The notes below the pieces were generated by a model. The model made no database searches. It had not been told where the DNA came from and worked only from the letters and a program-made list of their open reading frames with translations. This document shows positions 10,333 through 20,524 of a stretch of 64,000 nt of DNA, one piece after another. The DNA is from Calditrichales bacterium (GTDB lineage: Bacteria > Calditrichota > Calditrichia > Calditrichales > J004), in assembly GCA_965267575.1 (NCBI GenBank), contig OZ254086.1, forward strand, positions 1-64,000, read 5' to 3'. How positions within the stretch are numbered: the stretch's first letter is position 1; the number at the start of each line of letters is the position of its first letter. The position numbers were made by a program, and so were the translations under genes.

Positions 10333-11331
10333 TTATAATTGAACGCCGAACGAAAAGCGTTGTACAGAATCCAGATATTCGCCATAGTCGCTCCACGAAT
10401 AATCCAGACGGAAATCACTGTAATTAATACCAAAGCCGGCGCTTAGTCCCTCTTCATCATAATTGATTTTATAACCGCCGCGCAGGAACAGCATGTTATT
10501 ATAGCCCCACTCAAATCCCAGGTTGTACTGCTGGTCATAGTCACGCGGCTGCACGAGATCGAAAGCAATCTGCAGCGTTTGTTTATCCGATTGCAGAAAC
10601 AGACTTTCTCCGCTGTTTATCACAAAAGCGGTCATGCCCAGATTTAACGTCTGCGGCAGAGGATAGCTCTCTTCAATATACTTTACTTCCGGACCGAAAT
10701 GACGAACGGCAGCAGCCACTTCCAACGACCGGAATCCGGTGCGATAAACCAGACCGCCATCAAACATAACCGTGCCCGCACTAAGATCTTCATTTTTGCC
10801 GGCGCTGTTGGTGTATGCCGCATCAGGATCTTCATAGGCGTATTTGGCTGTTATACCAAAGCTGAACTTATCGGTTAAATCGCGCGCATATGATAAACCG
10901 GCAACGGCCGAATAGGGACGATAGGTCTCACCGGTTAATCCCGGCCAGTAGGTGTCACCCCGGAAGCCAAGAAAATCAACACGCGTTTCATCAATTTCTC
11001 CGATATCCACATAAAGCAGTTGAAATCCAAAGCTTCCCCATCCCGGAACCGTATATGCGGCTGATACCGCCGTTTGGGTAACATCCAGGAAGTAGTCCAT
11101 ATAGGAGACGCTGATATCCAGATTGTTTATGCGGGTGAGCGCAGCGGGATTCCAGAATACGGCATCCGAGTGGCTGGCAACTGCCGAATAAGCTTCTCCC
11201 ATGGCTGTCGAGCGCGCATCCGTCAATACCTTGAGAAACTGAAAAGAGGTAGTACCTACCTTTTCAAACGAGTAGGCTGATGTAACACTTAACAAGATCA
11301 GGATGCCGCTTAATAGTTTTTTTAAATACAT
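10333..11331 (-). CDS. PorV/PorQ-family outer-membrane protein
   Basis: FQFLKV..DARSTAMGEAYSA...FWNPAAL; LFLRGGY; ends RFSFGVQL. Confidence 0.82.
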   Translation of the reverse strand: MYLKKLLSGILILLSVTSAYSFEKVGTTSFQFLKVLTDARSTAMGEAYSAVASHSDAVFWNPAALTRINNLDISVSYMDYFLDVTQTAVSAAYTVPGWGSFGFQLLYVDIGEIDETRVDFLGFRGDTYWPGLTGETYRPYSAVAGLSYARDLTDKFSFGITAKYAYEDPDAAYTNSAGKNEDLSAGTVMFDGGLVYRTGFRSLEVAAAVRHFGPEVKYIEESYPLPQTLNLGMTAFVINSGESLFLQSDKQTLQIAFDLVQPRDYDQQYNLGFEWGYNNMLFLRGGYKINYDEEGLSAGFGINYSDFRLDYSWSDYGEYLDSVQRFSFGVQL

Positions 11332-11341
11332 CTCTGGCTCC

Positions 11342-13594
11342 TTATTTGATCACCATAAATTTGCCGCTGGTCTGATCGCCGTCCGGCGTCGTCACGATAT
11401 AGAAATAGATCCCCGATGCAATATCCTGATCATTTCGCGAAACCTGGAACCAGGGTGTCTGATATACGGCTTCATCGTGTTCTATAATTTCTACCAGCTG
11501 TCCGGCATAAGAATAAATCCTTATTGTAGCCTTACGTGGCAGACCGTAAAACCCTATTCTGCCTTCTTCCTCGCCCCCGCCGGTGAAGCCGGACTTATCC
11601 ACAAATGGATTCGGAACGGCATAAACTTTATCCATCTCAGTAACTGAGCCGATATTCTTGACGTGGCGGGTTATGTTAGTTCTTCCGCTTTGTATGCCGT
11701 TTTCATCAACCGTCGTTACGGAATAGTAGCGGGCTTCGCCAACCCGGAAGGAATCTTCAATATCGAGATATTCATAAATATTATCTGCATTGACGTCTCC
11801 AACCGGCACTTCTGCCAGCATTTCCCACGGACCCATTCCGGATAAACTGCGCCAGATCCGAAAAGCTGTTAGCTGTCCTGTTAACCGTGGGTGGTCAAAC
11901 GATTCGACTTCACGATTCCAGTTTATTTTCACGTTGGCCTGCGGCGTATTTTCAATTAACAAGGCCGGAGCCGGAACCGGCGTTGGAATTGTATAGGCGC
12001 CATCTTTAGGATTCAGATTCGGCCAAAGCGGACCATCGGCAGGCTGCAACCTTGCAGAATCCAAAGCGACCGTCCTGCCCAGGTAAGCTTCAAGCGCTTT
12101 ATGCGCCACCTGCTGAACATTTACAACTTTCGAATTCACGTAATCAGGATAGCCGTATTTGTCTATGTATCTGGCCGTGTCACCGTGCATTGTCACGGGG
12201 CGATTCCAGCTGGGTACACGATTCCATTGAACCAGGTTGGCGTCAACTGTTCCTTCAATGCGTTTTCCGGGAGGGCCACCGTAGCCAACTACCTCGGCAA
12301 TGGTGTACTCAAGTTTGTCACCATGTTCTAGGGTGTAAGGGCCAAATACGATATGCTTTTGTCCGGCGTCTACGCTTTGACGGTAATTGTAAGCCGCACG
12401 ACCAATCCAATCCGGATCTGCGTTGGGCAATTCGGGCCAGGTTTGGCTGTTAGGGGAATAAACGCCACTCCAGCGGTTATCGGTGTTAATAGACTGATCC
12501 ACCATTTTTGAGCTACGCGTATTTCCCGTACTCACTTTATTAGACCAGGGCTGCTTTATATGGTCATTTTCATCCAGTTCATAAAACACAAAGTCACTGG
12601 TCCGCAACGAGTTAACAGCTTCACTCTCGTTTCGGCCCGGGTCATTGGGATCCACGATAGCCAAATGGTTGTCGTCATAATAGAGAACCATAAAACCCGG
12701 AGCCTGCGGACTTGTCAGGCCACCACCGTTTCTACCGGTTTCAGCAAATTCAAAGAAGTTTTCTTTTATCGGCTCAGGTTTGGCCCAGATATTTTGCTGA
12801 GTAACGCGCAGGTTCAGATTGAAGCTCAGCCAGTAATCGGCATCCCACATATTGTTTTGATCGCCACGATAGATCCCCGATTCATATTTCCACTCGTTGT
12901 AGGTACGCTGGTAACCGTACATCGATGGCGCAAAGCCGTAAATAAAGAGCGCCATAAAATCCGTCAGGGTCTCTGTCTGTTCGATTGTTGAAAGGTCCCC
13001 ATCCGTATCGCCGGTGTACTCCAGCGTATACTCGTAAATAATCAGATCGTCATAGTCAGGGTAGCTCCAGGCACGGGAGGTACGGGTTACTGTAACGCCA
13101 ACGGGCGTAGACCACGATGCTGTGATTATCTCTTCCGCTTCGTTTGGGTCATAGGCCGGATTGAGTGTTCCGTCTTCAAGCACAGGAAAGTTTTCCACTT
13201 CTTCGATGTAGTGCGGAAAGCTCCAGCGGTTTAGAACATTTTCGGGCTTGCTTGCACCGACACCACCACACAATGCATATATCCTGTTGTCCTTACCTGG
13301 TTTACTCTTCAGGTTAGCCGCCATATACATTCCGGCGCCAAGAATATTATGCTGACCGCTGTATTCAATCCCTTCAACGACTGTCCGCGAACGCGGCGGC
13401 CACTCAAAGACGGGGACGCTTGTGGTATTACCGGCTTCCCCTGTTTCCCAGGGTCTGCCAATATCACCGGTGTTGTATACTGTTTCATGCAACATGCCCC
13501 GGTCGTGAATACGGAATTCGCGGATCTGGGCAAAGAGATCGGTTGCCAGATAAAAGACGCAAAAAACGGTGATGAATAGAATATGTCGTTTCAT
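11342..13594 (-). CDS. Large secreted protein with FN3-like region and variant sorting domain, next to the TonB receptor
   Basis: Start ATG 13594 (MKRHIL) with GGGAG SD; C-terminal VYAVPNPF...IRIYSYAGQLV...IASGIYFY...GKFMVIK. Confidence 0.7.
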   Translation of the reverse strand: MKRHILFITVFCVFYLATDLFAQIREFRIHDRGMLHETVYNTGDIGRPWETGEAGNTTSVPVFEWPPRSRTVVEGIEYSGQHNILGAGMYMAANLKSKPGKDNRIYALCGGVGASKPENVLNRWSFPHYIEEVENFPVLEDGTLNPAYDPNEAEEIITASWSTPVGVTVTRTSRAWSYPDYDDLIIYEYTLEYTGDTDGDLSTIEQTETLTDFMALFIYGFAPSMYGYQRTYNEWKYESGIYRGDQNNMWDADYWLSFNLNLRVTQQNIWAKPEPIKENFFEFAETGRNGGGLTSPQAPGFMVLYYDDNHLAIVDPNDPGRNESEAVNSLRTSDFVFYELDENDHIKQPWSNKVSTGNTRSSKMVDQSINTDNRWSGVYSPNSQTWPELPNADPDWIGRAAYNYRQSVDAGQKHIVFGPYTLEHGDKLEYTIAEVVGYGGPPGKRIEGTVDANLVQWNRVPSWNRPVTMHGDTARYIDKYGYPDYVNSKVVNVQQVAHKALEAYLGRTVALDSARLQPADGPLWPNLNPKDGAYTIPTPVPAPALLIENTPQANVKINWNREVESFDHPRLTGQLTAFRIWRSLSGMGPWEMLAEVPVGDVNADNIYEYLDIEDSFRVGEARYYSVTTVDENGIQSGRTNITRHVKNIGSVTEMDKVYAVPNPFVDKSGFTGGGEEEGRIGFYGLPRKATIRIYSYAGQLVEIIEHDEAVYQTPWFQVSRNDQDIASGIYFYIVTTPDGDQTSGKFMVIK

Positions 13595-13611
13595 GACTCC
13601 CTCAATTGCCA

Positions 13612-16461
13612 TTAAAATTTAAAGATCACCCCGAGACGATAATGGCGGGGCTCATTGTTCAACAGGTACACCGATTGATTGGTATAATAGGGCGGTGTTT
13701 CTTTATAAATCAGGATCTCGTCGCGATCTTGGTGCCAGCGCGGTGTATTACGGTTATTATTAAAGGTCCTGCTGTAATGCCATTCTTTTTCATTAAGCAC
13801 ATTAAATGCCTCCACATATATATTCATATCAGTATTGGCAATATCGAACGATTTTTGCAGGCGGATTCTTAAGTCTTGTTCAATGGGGCTTCTCTGGTTA
13901 AACTCCAACCCTTTGCCGGATGTATCATAGGTATACGGACGACCAGTCATATAACGAAACGTCCCGCTGATTGATATACGTTCAAAAGGTTTAAACCCTG
14001 CTATTGAAAGCCCCGCGCCGGGAGCGGTTCTGTAACGCAAATTAAGAAGGGCTTTGTGCGTACGGTCGTAATCCAGAAAGATATCTTCGGGATCGGGAAG
14101 AATGCTTCCGCCTTCAACGGGGTCGGGTGTTTCAAAATAGGTGACCGGGGCATCCAGGGGTGTACTGCTTTTTCCGGTAGCCGATTCATAGTTATATCTT
14201 ACAAAACCCCTTATCGAACCCTCTATCTTTTCAAGGCTCACATGAAAACCTTTGATGTCAGCATAGTCACGGTTGATATAGGTCTGGTAAATGTCTTGTC
14301 CCGCACTGCGGTAATAAGCAGCTTCAACCAGGTTTTTAACATCTTTGTAATAAGCGCTGACATCTAATCGTAATCCCCCGCCAAGCCCCTGCACGATGCC
14401 AAAATCATAGGCTTGTGTTCTCTCAGGTTTCAAATCCGGATTACCCAAAACTTCGATTGTACCATGTAAATCGTATTGGTCGAAAAAGAGTTGATTGAAA
14501 TTGGGCCTTTGGGTAAACGTTCCGTAGTTGATGTGAAATACAGAGCTCTCCGACACCGGAAATGAAACGCCTATTCGGGGCTGAAGACGTGTAAACAGCT
14601 CCGATTCCTTATTGGCCTCTCTGTTATAAAGCGGGCTGTAAGGGTTGGAGTAGTAATTCGTTTGGAGATTATAAAAATCATAGCGCAATCCAAGATTAGC
14701 AATCAAACCTGCAAACTCCATTTTATCCTGGACATATAGAGCGCCTTCATATGGAAACACATTAAAAATTACATCCCTGTAAGCCCCCTCATCCGAGACA
14801 TTGAGACTACGGTCTACACGAACATCGTAATAGATGTATTGCAGACCGACTTGTATGAGATTGTTGTTATTAACTTGACTTGTGACGCTACCATGGAAGG
14901 ACCAGGTCTGAGTATCCTCATCACCAAAATCATCTGCAGGCTTATTAAGCTGATGATCGCTGGGTGAGTTGGAGATATCTTTCCAGTTTGTTCCGTCACG
15001 GTAATCCTGTATGAATTCTCCAGGTTGCAGCAGGTCTACGCGTTCCCGCGAGGTCAAATCCAACAAGCTCGCTTTCAGGTCCATGTAGGTGGACTGAGAG
15101 AAAACGTGTTTGTATTCCAGCCCAAATTGCAGCGATGTATTATCGATTTTGGACACTGCGAGCGTACGGTCAAACATCCAGCGCAGCCAGTTGCTGCCTA
15201 TGTCATTTTCAAATTCGTTATTGTAAAAAAAGGAAAATTTATATTTGTTGTTAACGTCGGGTTGATAGGTAAGGTTTGCCATCAGCTGGTTTTCAAAGTC
15301 CACCTGTGGTGTGGGCACAACAGGATTATTTGTTTCGCGTCGCGCAGCCAAAAAGAGCCGTACATTGTCAGTAATCGGGCCGCCACTGGAAAAATCATAG
15401 CGGTAGTCCAGCGTATTGTTATACTCCATACCCATATCGCGAACCATCTGGTACCACAGGTTTTGACCCAGGCGGGCAATGTGCAGAGAGTCGTCACGAG
15501 TTAATGGATCGGGTGGCCAGACATTGGGTTCACGCAGGTATTGCGGGCCAAAGCCATAGCCCCAGTCATAAAGTGGACGTCCCGGGTTATCCGGATTTTC
15601 TTTTAACCATTCTTCATCGTTGTCCAGCAAGCCCCAGAAAGGATGTTTACCGGTTTCATAAATGCTTCCGCCAAATGTCTTGTAATAGGGCAGAGTCGAT
15701 GAAACTTCCAAACGGCTGCTCCAGACATTGGAGCCTTCCTTCGGTACCATATTCACAACACCGGATTGGGCGTTACCATATTCAGCGCTGAAACCGCTGG
15801 TATAGACTTCAACCTGATCAAGACCGGTTACGATCGGCTTGAAAGCACGGTTATTGTCCAAGGGATTGACAATCGCTCCGGCGCCCATAACATATTGCGC
15901 CTCGCCAACACGTCCGCCACGAAAATGGTCATCTACCACATCGGCCTGTAATTGCAAAATATCTGTAATATCGTTGACGCCGGCGATAGCCTCCACGCTC
16001 TCGATATCATACACCTGTTTGGTCGCGGTCAGGTCGACTTCAACCGGCTTTTCTTTGTAGGCTTCTACAACGATTTCGTCACCAATGAGGGCCTCTGTAC
16101 CAAGTGCAAAATCAATAGCCGTTGTTTTATCAACGTAGACCTCGACCATAGTGCGCTTACTTGTCACATAGCCGATGTAGTAACAGGCAACTGTATATTT
16201 TCCGGGCCGCAGGTTAAGGATATAATAGAAACCTTCCATATCCGTTGACGCGCCATTCTTGTTGGTCAGCTCAACTTCTTCTCCATCTATCCATTGTGCT
16301 TCCACAACCACGTTGGCCCCGACAAGCGGCTCTTCACTCTGAGCATCATAAACCTGCCCGGCAATCTTACCGGTGTCGCCCGCGGTAACCGTTAACACGG
16401 GCACAAGAATAAATGCAAGAGTCCAAATAAACGGTAGCAGATATTTTCTTTTACACACCAT
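13612..16461 (-). CDS. TonB-dependent receptor
   Basis: N-terminal carboxypeptidase-regulatory-like domain (GKIAGQVYDAQSEEPLVGANV), HFRGGR, SGFSAEYGNAQSGVVN plug, GNPDLKPE, C-terminal F; start ATG 16461 with GGAGG SD. Confidence 0.92.
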   Translation of the reverse strand: MVCKRKYLLPFIWTLAFILVPVLTVTAGDTGKIAGQVYDAQSEEPLVGANVVVEAQWIDGEEVELTNKNGASTDMEGFYYILNLRPGKYTVACYYIGYVTSKRTMVEVYVDKTTAIDFALGTEALIGDEIVVEAYKEKPVEVDLTATKQVYDIESVEAIAGVNDITDILQLQADVVDDHFRGGRVGEAQYVMGAGAIVNPLDNNRAFKPIVTGLDQVEVYTSGFSAEYGNAQSGVVNMVPKEGSNVWSSRLEVSSTLPYYKTFGGSIYETGKHPFWGLLDNDEEWLKENPDNPGRPLYDWGYGFGPQYLREPNVWPPDPLTRDDSLHIARLGQNLWYQMVRDMGMEYNNTLDYRYDFSSGGPITDNVRLFLAARRETNNPVVPTPQVDFENQLMANLTYQPDVNNKYKFSFFYNNEFENDIGSNWLRWMFDRTLAVSKIDNTSLQFGLEYKHVFSQSTYMDLKASLLDLTSRERVDLLQPGEFIQDYRDGTNWKDISNSPSDHQLNKPADDFGDEDTQTWSFHGSVTSQVNNNNLIQVGLQYIYYDVRVDRSLNVSDEGAYRDVIFNVFPYEGALYVQDKMEFAGLIANLGLRYDFYNLQTNYYSNPYSPLYNREANKESELFTRLQPRIGVSFPVSESSVFHINYGTFTQRPNFNQLFFDQYDLHGTIEVLGNPDLKPERTQAYDFGIVQGLGGGLRLDVSAYYKDVKNLVEAAYYRSAGQDIYQTYINRDYADIKGFHVSLEKIEGSIRGFVRYNYESATGKSSTPLDAPVTYFETPDPVEGGSILPDPEDIFLDYDRTHKALLNLRYRTAPGAGLSIAGFKPFERISISGTFRYMTGRPYTYDTSGKGLEFNQRSPIEQDLRIRLQKSFDIANTDMNIYVEAFNVLNEKEWHYSRTFNNNRNTPRWHQDRDEILIYKETPPYYTNQSVYLLNNEPRHYRLGVIFKF

Positions 16462-16486
16462 GCACCTCCAGAACACTCCTTCGATC

Positions 16487-16527
16487 TGTAAGATGTAATA
16501 CACATTTTATTTGTAATACATCTTACA
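16487..16527. promoter_or_regulatory. Two inverted copies of the locus operator
   Basis: TGTAAGATGTAATACA (16487-16502) and TGTAATACATCTTACA (16512-16527; reverse complement identical to the site at 46798). Confidence 0.8.
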
Positions 16528-16529
16528 AG

Positions 16530-16558
16530 ATATTATTGAGATTATTTCTCCAAAGCAA
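16530..16558 (-). promoter_or_regulatory. Putative sigma70 promoter of the TonB receptor operon
   Basis: TTGCTT-17 nt-TAATAT on the minus strand, directly upstream of the operator pair. Confidence 0.55.
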
Positions 16559-16612
16559 GTACTTTTTCTAAATATTAACAGATTCTTTTGGCCTCGAACC
16601 TAACAAGCTACA

Positions 16613-18784
16613 TTAATTTCCGTCATGCTTCATGACGGTTTCGCCGTCTACATGGTCCAAAACGGTTATCAATGTTGTACCATTTTCAAATGAAACAAGG
16701 ATAAACGCTTTGCGGTCATTTTTTACATTTTTTTCGGCACCGGAAAGTCGCGAACAACCCGCAAAGATCGCCTGCCTTCCATCCTTGCTGAAAAGCGCGA
16801 GATCAGCGTTATGGCTGTAGCCTGAAAACGTCTCTCCGGCCTTTTCCGTCCAAATCCTTGCCGCAGCACCAGGGTCGATCAATGTGATTATACTTGTCGT
16901 GTCGGATGAAACGGTAAATGCAACCCGACCTTTACCTCTGTATGCGGATGTTTTTGCAAGGATATCCTTTGGGGAGGCGGGGCTAATGGTGAGCGTTCCA
17001 TCTTTCAGATCGCGAAATGCCTTGCCGTCAAAAACGTCATAAGGTCCCTGCCAGATCTGGCTGTAAGAGTGAATTTCTTTTGCCCGAAAACTATCAGCGA
17101 TAATCCAAAAACCATCTTTTACAAAGAGCACTTCCCGTTCATAAACGACCCCAAGACTGTCAAACCCGTTATGACTTCCCGCGAAGTAATCAAAACCGGA
17201 AGACTTGATCCATTGCCTGACCTGCGGCTCTGGCAAAAAGCGCCACTTGCCAAACCCGGAGCCACCGCGATTGCCACGCCAGCCTCCGCCCTGTAATACG
17301 CTGTCTGCCAATGCCACGTTTTTTACCAGCGAGTTTTTCCAATATCTGTAATCGGGTTGATTGTATTTCACCTGGTAATTGGGCAGTATTTCTGTGCCTT
17401 CGGCGTAAGCGACAATGCCAAGCATGTCCCCGTGTTGATGATCGGGCTTACGGTCGGAGAGTCCGGCACTTATAACCATAACCTCATCTCGCGGCTCCCA
17501 GCCGTTGCGCATGATGTAGTAGCCCGTCTCAGCCAGTTCGGTTGATAAAATTGTGGGTTTTTGCGCTTGTGGCCTCGGCCTTTCCAGTTCTTCCTGCCTG
17601 AAAAGCCAAAAGATGTTCGCAGGAATTCCCTCGCCGGCAAACCACTGGTAAACAGGATCTTGATATAATAAAACCGCTATGCTCATCACATCGCTGATAT
17701 CATTGTTTTCGGCGAACAATGAATCCGTATCATCCTGCAATACGGGCAATCGTCTGTTGGGCTGTCCCAGAGCCACCAGGGCATCAAACATTTTCCTGAA
17801 TTGCTTTAGGAATTTCTGCGGCAATTCAATGCCACCGCGACGGGCAAGCTGGAACACCCTGAAGTAATTTTCTATATCGCCCTTGTGGTAGTGAACGGTT
17901 CGCTCAAACTGAAATCCGTCGCTGTTGATCTCACGGGTTATATGCTTTGTTAATCCGTCAATGGCCTGATCCAGCCATTTATCACTGTCGTGGAATTCAC
18001 GCAAAAAGGAGGCTATCTCGAAAAGCGCCACCAGTCCGCGCGTATGGTGGTTACCATCGCGATAGCGCTCTGAACGCTTTTGTAGCTGGGCTCCGTGATG
18101 CAGGAAAGTTCTAATCAAAAGCAGCTGATCATCCATGTCGAATTGGGGGCTATTCAGATAGGCATTATAGCAAAACAACCAGTTATGAATGCGCTTACCG
18201 GCACGGAACACCTCGTACACGCCATTGCCTTCGTCATCATACGCGCCGGCTTCAAAAGCGCGGTTCAAATCGGCCACCTGTCGCGTGAAGTAATCTGGAT
18301 AGGTTGGGTCTTTGTCTTCGTAAAAATACATCATGGCCATGTCGGCAGATTTTTGCTGCCTGGCGACATGTCTTAATTGATATGCTGTTACTTCTTCACC
18401 AAGATTGTTTTTAAAGGGCAGTTGCCAGTGGGTTTCAGGGCTATACCGTGTCATATGGAATTCCGCCAACCTGGCGTGGTCTTCACGGGCAGACGGATAG
18501 TTTTTGCTATAAGCCTCAAAACGTTCTTCAAAATATCGCCAGTCAAAATAATAGCGCTCTGCCGCTTTTTGCCTGAAAAACGCCGCAAGCTCATTTAAAG
18601 CTGTCCTTGTATCACCCTTGTCGCGCAGTTCATATACTTTTTCCAAGCCAGAAACATCTTGCTTCAAAAAAGCCACCAGTTCGCTTGATTCAAGAACACG
18701 ATCTGCGGGTATCCCGCCGCTTTGAACGGACCCGGCTATTACGATCAAAAAAGTTATTACTTTGGCAAAAATAAATGTCTTCAT
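16613..18784 (-). CDS. Heparinase II/III-family polysaccharide lyase (PL12/15/17-type fold)
   Basis: GNHHTRGL, DGFQFERTVHYH, TGYYIMRNGW, DHQHGDML; start ATG 18784 (MKTFIF) overlaps the upstream stop. Confidence 0.8.
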   Translation of the reverse strand: MKTFIFAKVITFLIVIAGSVQSGGIPADRVLESSELVAFLKQDVSGLEKVYELRDKGDTRTALNELAAFFRQKAAERYYFDWRYFEERFEAYSKNYPSAREDHARLAEFHMTRYSPETHWQLPFKNNLGEEVTAYQLRHVARQQKSADMAMMYFYEDKDPTYPDYFTRQVADLNRAFEAGAYDDEGNGVYEVFRAGKRIHNWLFCYNAYLNSPQFDMDDQLLLIRTFLHHGAQLQKRSERYRDGNHHTRGLVALFEIASFLREFHDSDKWLDQAIDGLTKHITREINSDGFQFERTVHYHKGDIENYFRVFQLARRGGIELPQKFLKQFRKMFDALVALGQPNRRLPVLQDDTDSLFAENNDISDVMSIAVLLYQDPVYQWFAGEGIPANIFWLFRQEELERPRPQAQKPTILSTELAETGYYIMRNGWEPRDEVMVISAGLSDRKPDHQHGDMLGIVAYAEGTEILPNYQVKYNQPDYRYWKNSLVKNVALADSVLQGGGWRGNRGGSGFGKWRFLPEPQVRQWIKSSGFDYFAGSHNGFDSLGVVYEREVLFVKDGFWIIADSFRAKEIHSYSQIWQGPYDVFDGKAFRDLKDGTLTISPASPKDILAKTSAYRGKGRVAFTVSSDTTSIITLIDPGAAARIWTEKAGETFSGYSHNADLALFSKDGRQAIFAGCSRLSGAEKNVKNDRKAFILVSFENGTTLITVLDHVDGETVMKHDGN

Positions 18785-20520
18785 TTTAGCAGCATTATTT
18801 TTTGTGTGTTTCCTGCAATACGGCATACATAGATACCTGAAGCCAATTCTGAATCCGGTGTCCAGCGAACAGAAGCCGTTACGCCTTCTGCATAAACCGG
18901 GGTGCTCTGCATACTTACAAGACGGCCAATCGAGTCATAAAAACGTACATGGCCGTCATAATTGCGCGGAACGTTAAACTCAATGGTAAGCTGGTTGTTA
19001 AAAGGAAGCGGATAAGCTTTGAATAAAAACTGTTCTGGCATCGCTTTGACGCCAACATTAATATTACTGACAATATCGGCCGCAAAAGGACCGACGTCTT
19101 CCGCAGTCAAAGGACGACGCTTTGGCTCTGTGATACTCCATTCGTCGCATCCTGCATCAGGCATATCGTCGCGGTATTGACCTTCAATATCTTCAGTAAG
19201 CCAACTCTGCGTGTCTGTCCCATAGTCTGCAGCAGGACTGCTTTGGGCGATTCTCCAGAAGCCGGCCGCCCGGTAAATTTGAGGATCAACGAACCAAATC
19301 TCAGCCGAGTCTGCTTCAAAACCGAGTGTAGCGGCGCCGGTGGCAAAAGCGATATTACCGGTCCAGGTAAAGTTTATCCCCGGGCTAAAAATTTGAACCA
19401 ATGTGTTTTCTGAACCATAGATTAGATTTGAGCAAAGCGTTACATCCCGTGGTGGCTTATCATACTTGCCACTATTACTGAAGCCGATTTCAATATTATG
19501 GGAGTTATTCACAAAGGTATTATTATAAATTCCGGCGCGGTTTATCCGGAAGTGTTTACTTAGATTTCCGCCGCCGTCATAATCACCATTGGTAAGGCTT
19601 AACGCGGCATCCCACCTGCTCCCGGTAAGACCTTCAAAATAGTTATTAAATATTTTGTGATCGTCTCCGTAAATGCGGATACCGCCACTGCCTTCTTTCG
19701 TATTGCCGAAAAAGAAATTTCCATTTACCACAGAACCGTTCCCATGCCTTAAACAAAGGCTTCCCTGGCATTCTATAAAAGTATTATAGCGCACTGTATC
19801 ACGGCCCGTTTTAACAGAAATAACCTCAGGATCGCCATCACAGTTTTCAAAAAGATTGTATTCCACGACCGTATAGCCTGAGGACATGGACAGCTCACTC
19901 CATCCAACACGTACCGCTTCCATTTCGTTTTCAACGCGGGGGCCGATATTGCGGAAATGGTTATGATCAATCCGGTCGAACTGTGATGATTTATAGGTTG
20001 GATCGGGCGTTCCGTCAATAGTAATAAAATTGCCCGGTTTATGCTTTTCCTCGAACAGGTTATGATCAATGCGGTTATGATGGCTCATGGCATTCGGGTC
20101 ATCCCAAATCCCACCGACTACAATCCATTTCAGGGATTCACTTTCTTGCAGGCGAAAAATATTGCGGGTGACCCGACAGTTATTCGAAGCCTGCATTTTG
20201 ACAGCAGTTATGTCGCTACCGGTAAACTCGAAGCCCTCTATCGTGACATAAGAACAGCGCCTTAGATCAAAATAAGTTTCACCGGTAAGCCGGGCTTTGC
20301 CGATATTCTCCGCCCGGATCAAAACAGGCTTTTCCTCGCTGCCCACGTTTTTCAGAGTTAATGATCCATCCGTATTGTAAATGCCATCAGCAACCGTAAT
20401 TATATCACCACTCTGAATTGAGCCAACCGCATCCTCCAATTCGGATGAAGTGTTCACAAAGTGTTCGGCAGCATACAGCGGCAAGGCGACTGTCACCATA
20501 GACAACAAGCGGGGAATCAT
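18781..20520 (-). CDS. PL6 lyase with degenerate sorting domain
   Basis: NEMEAVRVGWS, DPEVISVKT, GSLCLRHGN; start ATG 20520 (MIPRLL); ends AYPLPFN...ASGIYV...KIMLLK. Confidence 0.87.
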   Translation of the reverse strand: MIPRLLSMVTVALPLYAAEHFVNTSSELEDAVGSIQSGDIITVADGIYNTDGSLTLKNVGSEEKPVLIRAENIGKARLTGETYFDLRRCSYVTIEGFEFTGSDITAVKMQASNNCRVTRNIFRLQESESLKWIVVGGIWDDPNAMSHHNRIDHNLFEEKHKPGNFITIDGTPDPTYKSSQFDRIDHNHFRNIGPRVENEMEAVRVGWSELSMSSGYTVVEYNLFENCDGDPEVISVKTGRDTVRYNTFIECQGSLCLRHGNGSVVNGNFFFGNTKEGSGGIRIYGDDHKIFNNYFEGLTGSRWDAALSLTNGDYDGGGNLSKHFRINRAGIYNNTFVNNSHNIEIGFSNSGKYDKPPRDVTLCSNLIYGSENTLVQIFSPGINFTWTGNIAFATGAATLGFEADSAEIWFVDPQIYRAAGFWRIAQSSPAADYGTDTQSWLTEDIEGQYRDDMPDAGCDEWSITEPKRRPLTAEDVGPFAADIVSNINVGVKAMPEQFLFKAYPLPFNNQLTIEFNVPRNYDGHVRFYDSIGRLVSMQSTPVYAEGVTASVRWTPDSELASGIYVCRIAGNTQKIMLLK

Positions 20521-20524
20521 GCGT

